Shown: in pieces, positions 34,614 to 43,597 of the stretch
How the letters are laid out: each line of letters starts with the position of its first letter
How positions within the stretch are numbered: the stretch's first letter is position 1
Source of the DNA: Marmoricola sp.
Lineage (GTDB): Bacteria > Actinomycetota > Actinomycetes > Propionibacteriales > Nocardioidaceae
Direction of reading: 5' to 3'
Assembly: GCA_025965195.1 (NCBI GenBank)
Contig: JAOPXK010000112.1
Span: forward strand, 6 to 64,005
Length of the DNA: 64,000 nucleotides
Made by a program: the position numbers and the translations under genes
Notes under the pieces: model-generated
Database searches by the model: none
The model's input: the letters and a program-made list of their open reading frames with translations, nothing else
Told to the model about the DNA's origin: nothing

Positions 34614-35815
34614 CAGGACTCGGCCGGACCAGTGGTCGAGCCGCCTCCGGTGGTCGAGCCTGTCGAGACCACGTCCCCTTCGGACCCGGCGTCGGCTGCC
34701 CTCTTCGCGAGGTTCTCGGTGACTTCCTCGTGCCAGTACTCGTTGGCCTTGGTGGTGTCGACCTCGAACTCGAACCGCGCCACCATCTCCGGGGCGATGT
34801 CCGCCTTGTCGACGTAGAACTGCTCGTACCAGCGGCGCAGCTGGTAGACCGGGCCGTCCTCCTCGCAGAGCAGCGGGTTCTGGACGGGGACCTTGTTCTT
34901 CCAGATGTGCACGTCCTGCAGGAACCCGCCGCCGAACATCTCGGCGTACTTCTTGCTGATGTACTGCGCGGTCTTGTCATCGATGCCCTCGGGCTTCTTG
35001 ACCGTGATGCCGTACTGCAGGGTGAACGAGTTCGGGCCGGTCGGGATGTGGCAGTTGATCAGGATGACCTCGGTCTCGAACCCCTTGTAGTCCACGTCGA
35101 GCCAGTTGATCATGTAGGCCGGTCCGTAGTAGGTCGCCACCGACTTGAGGAACAGGTCGGCGTCGCCGTACCCACCGCTCATGTCGGGGCGGCCCTTGGA
35201 CTCCATGAACTGGGTGGCCACGTGATCTTCGAAGACGTTGCGAAAGCTCGTCGGGAACGAGAAGTGCACGTAGTAGAAGTGCGCCATGTCCACGACGTTG
35301 TCGATCAGCTCGCGGCAGTGGGAGTCGGTGATCGGGACGACCTCCCAGGTCCAGTCGGTGTACTCCGAGGTGCCGATGCCCGGAAGCTCCGGCGGCAGGA
35401 TGTCCAGGTCCGCCTCGGAACCCTCGGTGTCGTGCCAGATCAGCAGCTGCCCGTTGCGGACCGCGGTCGGGTACTTCTGGGTGCGCGCGCGCATCGGGAT
35501 CCGCCGGGCATACGGGATCGCCTTGCACTTGCCGTCGCCGCCCCAGCGCCAGTCGTGGAACGGGCACGCGATCTCGTCACCCTTGACCGAGCCCTGGGTC
35601 AGGTCGCCACCCATGTGCCGGCAGTAGCCGTCGAGGACGTTGAGCTCGCCCGTGGTGTCCTCCCAGACGACCAGCTTGCCGCCGAAGGCCTCGATCGCAT
35701 GCGGTTTGCGATCCCGGAAGGAGTCGGCCAGTCCCAGGCAGTGCCAGCCACGAGCGAACCTGTCCGGCGGGGTGCCTCCGTCGAGGGAGCGGGCTTCGGT
35801 AGTCGCGCTGGTCAT
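34613..35815 (-). CDS. kshA: 3-ketosteroid 9alpha-hydroxylase oxygenase subunit
   Basis: Rieske CRHMGG...CPFHDW; mononuclear Fe ligands DMAHFYYVH and FLQDVHIW; RFARGWHCLG. Confidence 0.93.
   Translation of the reverse strand: MTSATTEARSLDGGTPPDRFARGWHCLGLADSFRDRKPHAIEAFGGKLVVWEDTTGELNVLDGYCRHMGGDLTQGSVKGDEIACPFHDWRWGGDGKCKAIPYARRIPMRARTQKYPTAVRNGQLLIWHDTEGSEADLDILPPELPGIGTSEYTDWTWEVVPITDSHCRELIDNVVDMAHFYYVHFSFPTSFRNVFEDHVATQFMESKGRPDMSGGYGDADLFLKSVATYYGPAYMINWLDVDYKGFETEVILINCHIPTGPNSFTLQYGITVKKPEGIDDKTAQYISKKYAEMFGGGFLQDVHIWKNKVPVQNPLLCEEDGPVYQLRRWYEQFYVDKADIAPEMVARFEFEVDTTKANEYWHEEVTENLAKRAADAGSEGDVVSTGSTTGGGSTTGPAES
34632..34670. repeat. dispersed REP-like repeat copy inside the kshA 3' end
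   Basis: GGTGGTCGAGCCTGTCGAGACC (34649-34670) plus a partial unit GTGGTCGAGCC (34632-34642); 20 of 21 nt identical to 58357-58377. Confidence 0.8.
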
Positions 35816-35852
35816 GGGTCCTCCAGTGGTGCCGACAGTCATTGCCGAAAAC

Positions 35853-35866
35853 AAGAACAGGTTATA
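35853..35866. promoter_or_regulatory. KstR-type operator (kshA / fadE26 divergent region)
   Basis: AAGAACAGGTTATA vs TnnAACnnGTTnnA, one mismatch. Confidence 0.7.
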
Positions 35867-35921
35867 GTTTTACGCGGGAGAAGGCCAGTCTTCTGCTCCG
35901 AGAGTCTATGAGGTCAAGCTG

Positions 35922-37100
35922 ATGAAGATCGCCCTGAGCGCCGAGCACGAGGCCCTGCGCAGCGAGCTCCGCGAGTATTTCGCCGGGATCGCGACGCCCG
36001 AACGTCGTGCCGCGCTCGCCATGTCCACCGGCGAGTTCGGAGACGCCGGCGTCTACAAGGAAGTGATCCGCGAGATCGGCCACGACGGCTGGCTGGGCAT
36101 CGGCTGGCCCAAGGAGTACGGCGGCCAGGACCGCTCGATGATCGAGCAGCTGATCTTCACCGACGAGGCCGCCGTTGCCGGCATCCCGATCCCCTACCTG
36201 ACGCTGAACACGGTCGGACCCACGATCATGCGGTTCGGCACCGACGAGCAGAAGGCGGAGATCCTGCCCAAGATCCTCAAGGGCGAGATGCACTTCTCCA
36301 TCGGCTACTCCGAGCCCGCCTCCGGCACCGACCTCGCCAGCCTGCAGACCCGTGCCCGTCGCGAGGGCGACGAGTGGGTGATCAACGGCCAGAAGATGTG
36401 GACGTCGCTGATCCAGTACGCCGACTACATCTGGCTCGCGTGTCGCACCGATCCGGACCTGCCGCGCCACAAGGGCCTCTCGATGATCCTGGTGCCGGCC
36501 GACGCCAAGGGGTTCTCGTACACCCCGGTGCACACCGTCGCCAGCGTGCACACCAGCGCGACGTACTACGAAGACGTCCGGGTGCCCGTGGGCAACCTGG
36601 TCGGCGAGCTCAACGGCGGCTGGTCGCTGATGACCAACCAGCTCAACCACGAGCGCGTCGCGCTGACCTCGTCGGCACCACTGACCCAGTCGCTCAAGCA
36701 GGTCCGCGAATGGGCACAGCAGACCAAGAACCCCGACGGCTCCCGCGTCATCGACACCGAGTGGGTGCAGGTGCTCCTCGGCCGCGCCCAGGCGCGCATC
36801 CAGATGCTGACGCTGCTCAACTGGAAGCTGGCCTCCGCGACCAAGGACCTCTCCCCCGCGGACGCCTCGGCCACGAAGATCTATGGCTCCGAGCTCGCCA
36901 CCGAGGTGTACCGCTCGCTGATGGAGATCACCGGTCCCGAGGCGTACGTCGCCGACGGCTCACCCGGCGCGATCCTGCACGGCAGGCTCGAACGCTACTT
37001 CCGCTCCGCCCTGGTGATGACCTTCGGCGGCGGCACCAACGAGATTCAGCGCGACATCATCGGGTACGTCGGCCTCGGCCTGCCGGCGGCGAAGCGATGA
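35922..37100 (+). CDS. fadE26: steroid side-chain acyl-CoA dehydrogenase subunit (ChsE4)
   Basis: IGYSEPASGTDLASL, NGQKMWTS and TFGGGTNEIQRDII; N-terminus resembles mycobacterial FadE26 as recalled; paired with a fadE27-like gene. Confidence 0.85.
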   Translation: MKIALSAEHEALRSELREYFAGIATPERRAALAMSTGEFGDAGVYKEVIREIGHDGWLGIGWPKEYGGQDRSMIEQLIFTDEAAVAGIPIPYLTLNTVGPTIMRFGTDEQKAEILPKILKGEMHFSIGYSEPASGTDLASLQTRARREGDEWVINGQKMWTSLIQYADYIWLACRTDPDLPRHKGLSMILVPADAKGFSYTPVHTVASVHTSATYYEDVRVPVGNLVGELNGGWSLMTNQLNHERVALTSSAPLTQSLKQVREWAQQTKNPDGSRVIDTEWVQVLLGRAQARIQMLTLLNWKLASATKDLSPADASATKIYGSELATEVYRSLMEITGPEAYVADGSPGAILHGRLERYFRSALVMTFGGGTNEIQRDIIGYVGLGLPAAKR

Positions 37101-37128
37101 CCTGCGCCACCTCACGAGGAGACAACTG

Positions 37129-38238
37129 ATGGACTTCGACTTCACCCCCGAGCAGGTCGACGCGACCGAGCTCGCAGCGACGATCTTCACCGATGCCTGC
37201 ACCCCCGAGCGCCTGAAGGCCATCGACGGCGAGACCGGACGTTTCGACCGTGAGCTCTGGTCGACCCTCGGCAAGGCCGGCCTCCTCGGGCTGGCCGTGC
37301 CCGAGGCCTACGACGGCGGCGGGCTCGGCCTGCTCGAGCTCTGCAGCGTGCTCGTCGAAGCCGGTCGGGTGGTGGCTCCGGTCCCCCTGGTCGTGCATGC
37401 GCCGACCGCGATGGCGATCGCCGAGTTCGGCACCGACGCACAGAAGTCCGACTGGCTCACCCACGCCGCCACCGGAGAGGTGGTGCTCAGCACCGCGATC
37501 AGTGAGGAGCGCAACGCGCTTCCCGACCGGCCGACGACCCGCGCCGAGCTCGCGGGCGACAGCTGGACGCTGACGGGCACGAAGGTGGCCGTCCCCGCCG
37601 GGACCGTCGCGGATCTCTTCGTCGTGCCCGCGGACACCGCGGACGGCGTCAAGGTGTTCCTTGTCAGGCCTTCCGAGGAAGGTGTCACCGTCTCGGCCCA
37701 GCGGATCAGCGACGGGGACGAGGTGGCGCGCCTCGAGCTCGACGGTGTCGTCGTATCCGCCGACCAGGAGCTCGGCACCGGCCGTGAGGTCGTCGAGTGG
37801 CTGCAGCAGCGCCTGGTCGTGGCGCTGTGCGCCCAGCAGGTGGGCACGCTCGACGGCGCGCTGAAGCTGACCAGCGCCTATGCCCGGACCCGTGAACAGT
37901 TCGGCCGGCCGATCGGCACCTTCCAGGCCGTTTCGCAGCGGCTGGCGGACGGCTACATCGACGTCCTCGGCACGCAGCTCGCGCTGTGGCAGGCCGCCTG
38001 GCGCCTCGACGAGGGCCTGCCTGCGGGGGTCGAGGTCGCCAGTGCCAAGGTCTGGGCGGCCGACGCCGGCCACAAGCTCGCGCACACCACCGTGCACGTC
38101 CACGGGGGCAACGGCATCGACCTCGATGGTGAGGCGCACCGCTACTTCACCGCCGCGAAGCGCAACGAGTTCACCTACGGCGGTGTCACCGAGCACTCGC
38201 TGCGGATCGGCCGGGCCCTCGCCGCCGAACCCGCCTGA
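37129..38238 (+). CDS. fadE27: steroid side-chain acyl-CoA dehydrogenase partner subunit (ChsE5)
   Basis: MDFDFTPEQ, REQFGRPIGTFQAV and HVHGGNGID; short ACAD following fadE26. Confidence 0.82.
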   Translation: MDFDFTPEQVDATELAATIFTDACTPERLKAIDGETGRFDRELWSTLGKAGLLGLAVPEAYDGGGLGLLELCSVLVEAGRVVAPVPLVVHAPTAMAIAEFGTDAQKSDWLTHAATGEVVLSTAISEERNALPDRPTTRAELAGDSWTLTGTKVAVPAGTVADLFVVPADTADGVKVFLVRPSEEGVTVSAQRISDGDEVARLELDGVVVSADQELGTGREVVEWLQQRLVVALCAQQVGTLDGALKLTSAYARTREQFGRPIGTFQAVSQRLADGYIDVLGTQLALWQAAWRLDEGLPAGVEVASAKVWAADAGHKLAHTTVHVHGGNGIDLDGEAHRYFTAAKRNEFTYGGVTEHSLRIGRALAAEPA

Positions 38239-38246
38239 GTTCGGAC

Positions 38247-39788
38247 GTGACGACGCTCCGCGAGACGTTCTCGGGACTGGCGGAGGTCGACTCCCCAGGG
38301 CTGCTCACCGCCTCCGGGAGCTGGTCGTGGCGGGAGTACGTCGAACAGGCGGAGCTGCGGGCCCGCGCGATCGCCGGCATGCTCGACCCGGCACGACCTC
38401 CGCACGTCGGCGTCCTCCTCGACAACACTGCGGAAATGGCCTTCCAGCTCGCGGCAGCGGGCATCGGCGGCCATGTGGTCGTCGGACTGAACACGACCCG
38501 ACGCGGGACGGGGATGGCGAGCGACATCACCAGGTCGGACTGTCAGTTCGTCGTCACCGACGCCGCTCACCGCCCCTTGCTCGAGGCGACCGACGTCCCG
38601 ATCCTCGACGAGACGCAGGTGTGGCAGACACCGAACACAGCCGGTCCGCCGCGCACGGTCGGCCCCGCCACCCTCTTCATGCTGATCTTCACCTCCGGGA
38701 CGAGCGGTGAACCCAAGGCCGTCCGGATGACCCACGAGAAGGTCACGTTCCCCGGCATCATGCTGGCCGACAGGTTCCAGCTGACGGCCGAGGACGTCTG
38801 TTACGTCTCGATGCCGCTGTTCCACTCGAACGCGATCATGGCCGGTTGGAGCGTCGCGATCGCAGCGGGTGCGGCGATCGCGCTCGGCGAGAGGTTCTCC
38901 GCGAGCGGCTTCATCGAGGATGCCCGCAGCTACGGAGCGACGTACGCGAACTATGTCGGCAAGCCTCTTGCGCACATCCTGGCCACACCGCCGAAGCCCG
39001 ACGACGACGACAACCCGTTGCGGGTGGTCTTCGGCAACGAAGCCGGGGAACGCGACATCACCGAGTTCGGCCGGCGTTTCGGCTGCCTGGTCTGGGACGG
39101 CTTCGGCTCGACCGAGAACGCCGTCATCGTCACCCGCACCCCCGACACCCCGACCGGCTCCATCGGGCAGCCGCTGGACGGGGTCGCCGTGCTCGACCCG
39201 GAGACGAGCCGGGAGTGTCCCCGCGCCGTGGTCGACGAGCACGGCAACGTCAGCAACCTCGATGACGCCGTCGGCGAGCTGGTGAACACCTTGGGAGCCG
39301 GTCAGTTCGCGGGCTACTACAACGACGAAGCCGCAACCTCGGCGCGGATGCGCGACGGGATGTACTGGAGCGGCGACCTGGCCTGGCGCGACCAGGCCGG
39401 CTACGTCTACTTCGCGGGACGGACCAGTGACTGGCTCCGGGTGGACGGCGAGAACCTGGCCGCCGCGCCCATCGAGAGGATCCTGCTGCGGCATCCGCTG
39501 GTCAGCGAGGCCGCGGTGTACGCCGTGCCCGACCCGTCCTCCGGCGACCAGCTGGTCGCGGCTCTCGTGCTGCGCGAGGACGTGACGCTCTCGCCTGCGG
39601 AGTTCGAGAGCTTCCTTGCCGGCCAGGAGGACCTCGGCACCAAGGCCTGGCCGCGCCACGTCCTGCTGGCCGTGAGCCTGCCGAGGACCGCGACGAACAA
39701 GGTCCTCAAGCGCGCCCTCCAGCAGCAGGGGCTCGACCAGATGACCTGGATCCGCGAGGAACGCGGCCGGGCCTACTCCGCGCGCTGA
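38247..39788 (+). CDS. fadD17: acyl-CoA synthetase (steroid side chain)
   Basis: FTSGTSGEPK, SMPLFHSNA, FGNEAG, YWSGDLA and LRVDGENL; synteny fadE26-fadE27-fadD17. Confidence 0.82.
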   Translation: MTTLRETFSGLAEVDSPGLLTASGSWSWREYVEQAELRARAIAGMLDPARPPHVGVLLDNTAEMAFQLAAAGIGGHVVVGLNTTRRGTGMASDITRSDCQFVVTDAAHRPLLEATDVPILDETQVWQTPNTAGPPRTVGPATLFMLIFTSGTSGEPKAVRMTHEKVTFPGIMLADRFQLTAEDVCYVSMPLFHSNAIMAGWSVAIAAGAAIALGERFSASGFIEDARSYGATYANYVGKPLAHILATPPKPDDDDNPLRVVFGNEAGERDITEFGRRFGCLVWDGFGSTENAVIVTRTPDTPTGSIGQPLDGVAVLDPETSRECPRAVVDEHGNVSNLDDAVGELVNTLGAGQFAGYYNDEAATSARMRDGMYWSGDLAWRDQAGYVYFAGRTSDWLRVDGENLAAAPIERILLRHPLVSEAAVYAVPDPSSGDQLVAALVLREDVTLSPAEFESFLAGQEDLGTKAWPRHVLLAVSLPRTATNKVLKRALQQQGLDQMTWIREERGRAYSAR

Positions 39789-39803
39789 GTCAGCGCTGAG
39801 TCA
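39782..39803. repeat. 11-bp tandem duplication at the fadD17 stop
   Basis: GCGCTGAGTCA twice, followed by degenerate GGGCTGGCTCA. Confidence 0.6.
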
Positions 39804-39811
39804 GGGCTGGC

Positions 39812-40420
39812 TCATTCGGTTGCCAGCCGGACGCCGAAGCCGATCAGCACGACTGCGGTGATCGCGTCGAGCCGGCGGCGGATGTGTGGTGTGTTCATCC
39901 AGCCCGTCACCCGCGTCGCGAGGCGGAGCAGCAGCACCCAGTAGAGCGCGGTGATCACCACGAAGATCGCGCCGAACAGCAGCGACGTCAGCCCGACCGA
40001 GTGCCCCTTCGGCACGAACCCGGGCAGGAAGGTCACGAAGAAGACGCCGACCTTCGGGTTGAACAGGTTGGTGAGCAGGCCGGCGCGGAAACCGGTGCCG
40101 AGCACGCCGCCACCCTGGCCTCCGGCCTGCTGGATCGCGCCACGCGACCGCCAGGCCTGGACACCGAGATAGACGAGGTAGCAGGCGCCGACGATCCGGA
40201 GGAGGTCGTAGCCGACCTCGCTCGCCCTCAGCATCGCCGCCAGACCCAGAGCCGCAGCACCCACCCAGACCCCGAGTCCGCAGAGGTTGCCGAGCGCGGT
40301 GAGCACTCCTTGACGCCGGCCACCGCGCAGGATGCTCCGGACCACGACGAGCGTGTCAGGGCCCGGCAGCAGCACAATCAGGACGGCCGCGAGGGCGAAG
40401 GTGAGCACGGGGACCAGCAC
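39812..40420 (-). CDS. LysE/RhtB family translocator
   Basis: LLPGPDTLVVVR, GACYLVYLG, GLLTNLFNPKV and LDAITAVVLIGFG motifs. Confidence 0.92.
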   Translation of the reverse strand: MLVPVLTFALAAVLIVLLPGPDTLVVVRSILRGGRRQGVLTALGNLCGLGVWVGAAALGLAAMLRASEVGYDLLRIVGACYLVYLGVQAWRSRGAIQQAGGQGGGVLGTGFRAGLLTNLFNPKVGVFFVTFLPGFVPKGHSVGLTSLLFGAIFVVITALYWVLLLRLATRVTGWMNTPHIRRRLDAITAVVLIGFGVRLATE

Positions 40421-40474
40421 CGCCAAATGGTACGTCGAATCAGGTGCCCGGACTGCTGCACTAGCGTGACCGAC

Positions 40475-41032
40475 ATGCCGCTGTACTCCTTCGAGGGCAC
40501 CAGCCCCACCGTGCACCCGTCCGCCTTCATCGCTGCCAATGCCGTCCTCGTCGGTGACGTCGTCGTCGAGGCGAACGCCTCGGTCTGGTACGGCGCGATC
40601 CTTCGTGGCGACTACGCGCAGATCGCTGTCCGTGAGGGCGCGAACGTCCAGGACGGTTCGGTGCTGCACGCGGCGCCCGACCTGCCGTGCATCGTCGGGC
40701 CGGGGGCGACGATCGCCCACCTCTGCGTCGTACACAGCGCGACGATCGGTGAGGAGGCCCTGATCGGCAACCACGCAACGGTTCTCGACGGCGCGAAGAT
40801 CGGCCGCCGGACCCTCGTTGCCGCTGGCTCGCTCGTGGTGCCGGGGTCCGACTTTCCCGACGAGGTGCTCGTCATCGGCTCACCGGCGAAGGTGAAGGGC
40901 CCGATCGCGGGAACTGCGTCCGAGTTCTGGATCGCCGCCAACCCGCAGGCCTACCGCGACCTCGCGCAGCGCCACCTCAAGGGCGTGGCAGAGGTCAGTT
41001 CATCAGGGCCGCGGCCCGGTTGGTCAGCTTGA
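40475..41032 (+). CDS. gamma-class carbonic anhydrase family (hexapeptide repeat) protein
   Basis: IGDV-type VLVGDV, WYGAILRGD, NVQDGSVLH and IAHLCVVH His ligands; 3' end overlaps the convergent ORF by 38 bp. Confidence 0.9.
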   Translation: MPLYSFEGTSPTVHPSAFIAANAVLVGDVVVEANASVWYGAILRGDYAQIAVREGANVQDGSVLHAAPDLPCIVGPGATIAHLCVVHSATIGEEALIGNHATVLDGAKIGRRTLVAAGSLVVPGSDFPDEVLVIGSPAKVKGPIAGTASEFWIAANPQAYRDLAQRHLKGVAEVSSSGPRPGWSA

Positions 41033-42479
41033 CGTCGTAGAAGCCCGAGTTGACGTCGGAGTACCAGATCGACTTGCGCTTCCGGTCCCACGCCGGCTGC
41101 GACATGGCGTAGCCACCCGGCAACGGGATCGTCAGTCGGGTGCTCGACACCAGCGGCTTGTTGAAGTAGGCCACCTCGCGAGGGTGCTTGACGTCACGGA
41201 TGTCGAAGACCCGCAGACCCGAGAGGATCATCGAGCAGGCGGCGAGGTTCGGGTTGGTGCGCGTCGGCATCGAGCAGTAGTGCGCGGCGTACCCCTGCGC
41301 TGGGAACCAGGCACCGGGGTCGTCCTTCTCGGCTCCACGGCGAGCGTCGGGCTGTTGCACCCGCAGCCGGATGTTGGAGACCACCCGGGGATGCCGGGGA
41401 TCCTGGACGTCGATGATCCGGGCAGCCCCGACGCTTGCCTGGTTGAGGTTGGACAGTCCCTTGAGGGTGAACAGGTCGACGAACTCGTCGACCTCGAACA
41501 CGTAGTGATGGCCGTTGCGGGTGAACGGCTCCGCGACCTGCGGGATCGACACCTCCCGCCAGCTCAGCGAGGACCGCACCGGCACGCTCGGATTGGGTGT
41601 GCGGTCCTGGATCTGACTGACGTCCAGGATCCGGAGCCCACCGTCGGTGATGCCGCCGAGTCCGACGGTGCCGATGTTCGCGACGTACATCGTCCGGCCG
41701 TCGTCGGAGAGCCGGAGCCCGTGGTACTGCACGCCGAACTGGGTGAAGATCGTCCGCGGCTGGCGCGGGTTCGTGACGTCGATCGCGACCAGGCTGGCGG
41801 TCGCGCTCGAGGCGTAGAACGTCTTGCCGTCAGGTGCGAACCCGCTCTCGTGTCCCAGGATGGCGGACAGCGTGCTCGACATCAGTTGAGGGTGCCGGCA
41901 GTCGTTGTGGACGTCGTAGATGTCGAAGAATCCCGGAGCGGTCGCGGCGGTGCCCATGTCCGCCGCCAGCAGGCCGCGGCGGGTGTTGAGCAGCAGCGAC
42001 TCGTGCGGGCTGAGCATGGCGGGCGTGGTCAGGTTGGCCGTCTTGCGCGGATGCCTGGGGTCGTTCATGTCGAGCACCACAACGCCAAGGCCGTCTCCGG
42101 AGATCAGGTTGGCCAGGACGTCCTTCGGCAGGGTCAGGGTCGAGTCGTAGTACGCGCAGGTGTTGCCGTGAACGTCGGTGTAGCGGATCACCTTGAAGCC
42201 ACCTGAGGCACCCTGATGGGAGACCTGGACCGTGTTGCAGCGATAGCCCTTCGCCGCTCGGCCCGACCGGAAGTCCGCCAGCGGCACCCGTCCGTCGATG
42301 CTGGTCTCCGGGTGGGCGCCCGGGCCGCAGTGCGGCTTGGCCAGCGCCTTCGGAAAGGCCGCCTCCGCGCCTTCGGACGAGCCGGGCCAGATCAGCAGTA
42401 CGCCGATGGTGGCGCAGATCGTGACGATCAGGCCGAGGCGGAGCCATTCGGAACGGTGACGTGCTGGCAGGACCGTCAT
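40995..42479 (-). CDS. exported LVIVD-repeat-like beta-propeller protein
   Basis: N-terminal TM/signal; repeats VVVLDMNDPRHP, LVAIDVTNPRQP, LRILDVSQ, ARIIDVQDPRHP and LRVFDIRDVKHP. Confidence 0.72.
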   Translation of the reverse strand: MTVLPARHRSEWLRLGLIVTICATIGVLLIWPGSSEGAEAAFPKALAKPHCGPGAHPETSIDGRVPLADFRSGRAAKGYRCNTVQVSHQGASGGFKVIRYTDVHGNTCAYYDSTLTLPKDVLANLISGDGLGVVVLDMNDPRHPRKTANLTTPAMLSPHESLLLNTRRGLLAADMGTAATAPGFFDIYDVHNDCRHPQLMSSTLSAILGHESGFAPDGKTFYASSATASLVAIDVTNPRQPRTIFTQFGVQYHGLRLSDDGRTMYVANIGTVGLGGITDGGLRILDVSQIQDRTPNPSVPVRSSLSWREVSIPQVAEPFTRNGHHYVFEVDEFVDLFTLKGLSNLNQASVGAARIIDVQDPRHPRVVSNIRLRVQQPDARRGAEKDDPGAWFPAQGYAAHYCSMPTRTNPNLAACSMILSGLRVFDIRDVKHPREVAYFNKPLVSSTRLTIPLPGGYAMSQPAWDRKRKSIWYSDVNSGFYDVKLTNRAAALMN

Positions 42480-42490
42480 CGGCGGACCGG

Positions 42491-43597
42491 TCAGCCCTTG
42501 AACGTCTCGAGCCGGGCCACCGCTTCGTCGTACTCGCTGATCAGGTCGGCGATCACGTCAGCCACCGGGCGTACCTCGTTCATTCGGCCGACGATCTGCC
42601 CGACCGGCATCGAGACGGTGTCCGGGTCGTCGCCGACGTTCATCCGGTTGTGGGCATTGGCGACCAGCAGGTTCTGCAGCGGCATCGGCAACGGTGTCGG
42701 GGCATCCTCCGCGGTCCAGGCCTCGGTCCACTTGGTCTTCAGCAACCGGGCCGGCTTGCCGGTGTAGACCCGGGTCCGAACGGTGTCCGAGGACCCGGCC
42801 CGCAACAGGCCCTGTCGAATGCCGGTGCCTCCGGTGAGGTCGTACTCCGCGACGGTCAGCCAGATCGAGCCGGTCCAGACGCCTTGCGCACCGAGTGCGA
42901 GCGACGCGGCGATCTGCCGACCGGAGCCGATGCCACCAGCCCCGAGCACGGGTACGTCGGGCCCGACGGCATCCACGACCTCCGGAGTGAGCACCATGCT
43001 GGCGATCTCTCCGGTGTGGCCGCCGGCCTCGTAGCCCTGGGCGATGATGATGTCCACGCCGTTGGCGACGTGGGAGAGCGCGTGCTTGGCGGCGCCGGCC
43101 AGAGCGGCGACCTTCACCCCGGCAGCATGGGCCTGCTCGATGACGTCGACCGGAGGCGAGCCGAGCGCGTTGGCGATCAGCACGGGCCGGTGCTTCAGCG
43201 CGATGTCGACGTGGGAGCGGGCGACAGAGTGCAGCCAGCCGAGCACGCCCTCACGGCCTTCACCCTCCTCGTCGGGCAGCGGCGGGACACCCAGCTTGCG
43301 CAGCGTCTCGGCCACGAAGTCCTTGTGTCCTTGGGGAATCAGCTCGGCGAGGTCGACGGCCTTGCCCTCGGTGGGGATCTTCATCGGCATCACGACGTCG
43401 ACGCCGTACGGCTTGCCGTCGGTGTTCTCGTCGAGCCAGGTCAGTGTCGTGTCCAGCTCGTCGGCGTCGTTGAAGCGGACGCAACCGAGCACACCTAGGC
43501 CGCCGGCCTTGGACACAGCCGCGGCAACGTGCTCGGACGGGGTGAACGCAAAGATCGGGTACTCGATCCCGAACATCTCGCACAGGTCGGTGCGCAT
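42491..43597 (-). CDS. nitronate monooxygenase / FMN-dependent oxidoreductase (NPD family)
   Basis: AQGYEAGGHTG, AGGIGSG, GAQGVWTGS and PVGQIVGRM; translationally coupled to fadD19. Confidence 0.88.
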   Translation of the reverse strand: MRTDLCEMFGIEYPIFAFTPSEHVAAAVSKAGGLGVLGCVRFNDADELDTTLTWLDENTDGKPYGVDVVMPMKIPTEGKAVDLAELIPQGHKDFVAETLRKLGVPPLPDEEGEGREGVLGWLHSVARSHVDIALKHRPVLIANALGSPPVDVIEQAHAAGVKVAALAGAAKHALSHVANGVDIIIAQGYEAGGHTGEIASMVLTPEVVDAVGPDVPVLGAGGIGSGRQIAASLALGAQGVWTGSIWLTVAEYDLTGGTGIRQGLLRAGSSDTVRTRVYTGKPARLLKTKWTEAWTAEDAPTPLPMPLQNLLVANAHNRMNVGDDPDTVSMPVGQIVGRMNEVRPVADVIADLISEYDEAVARLETFKG

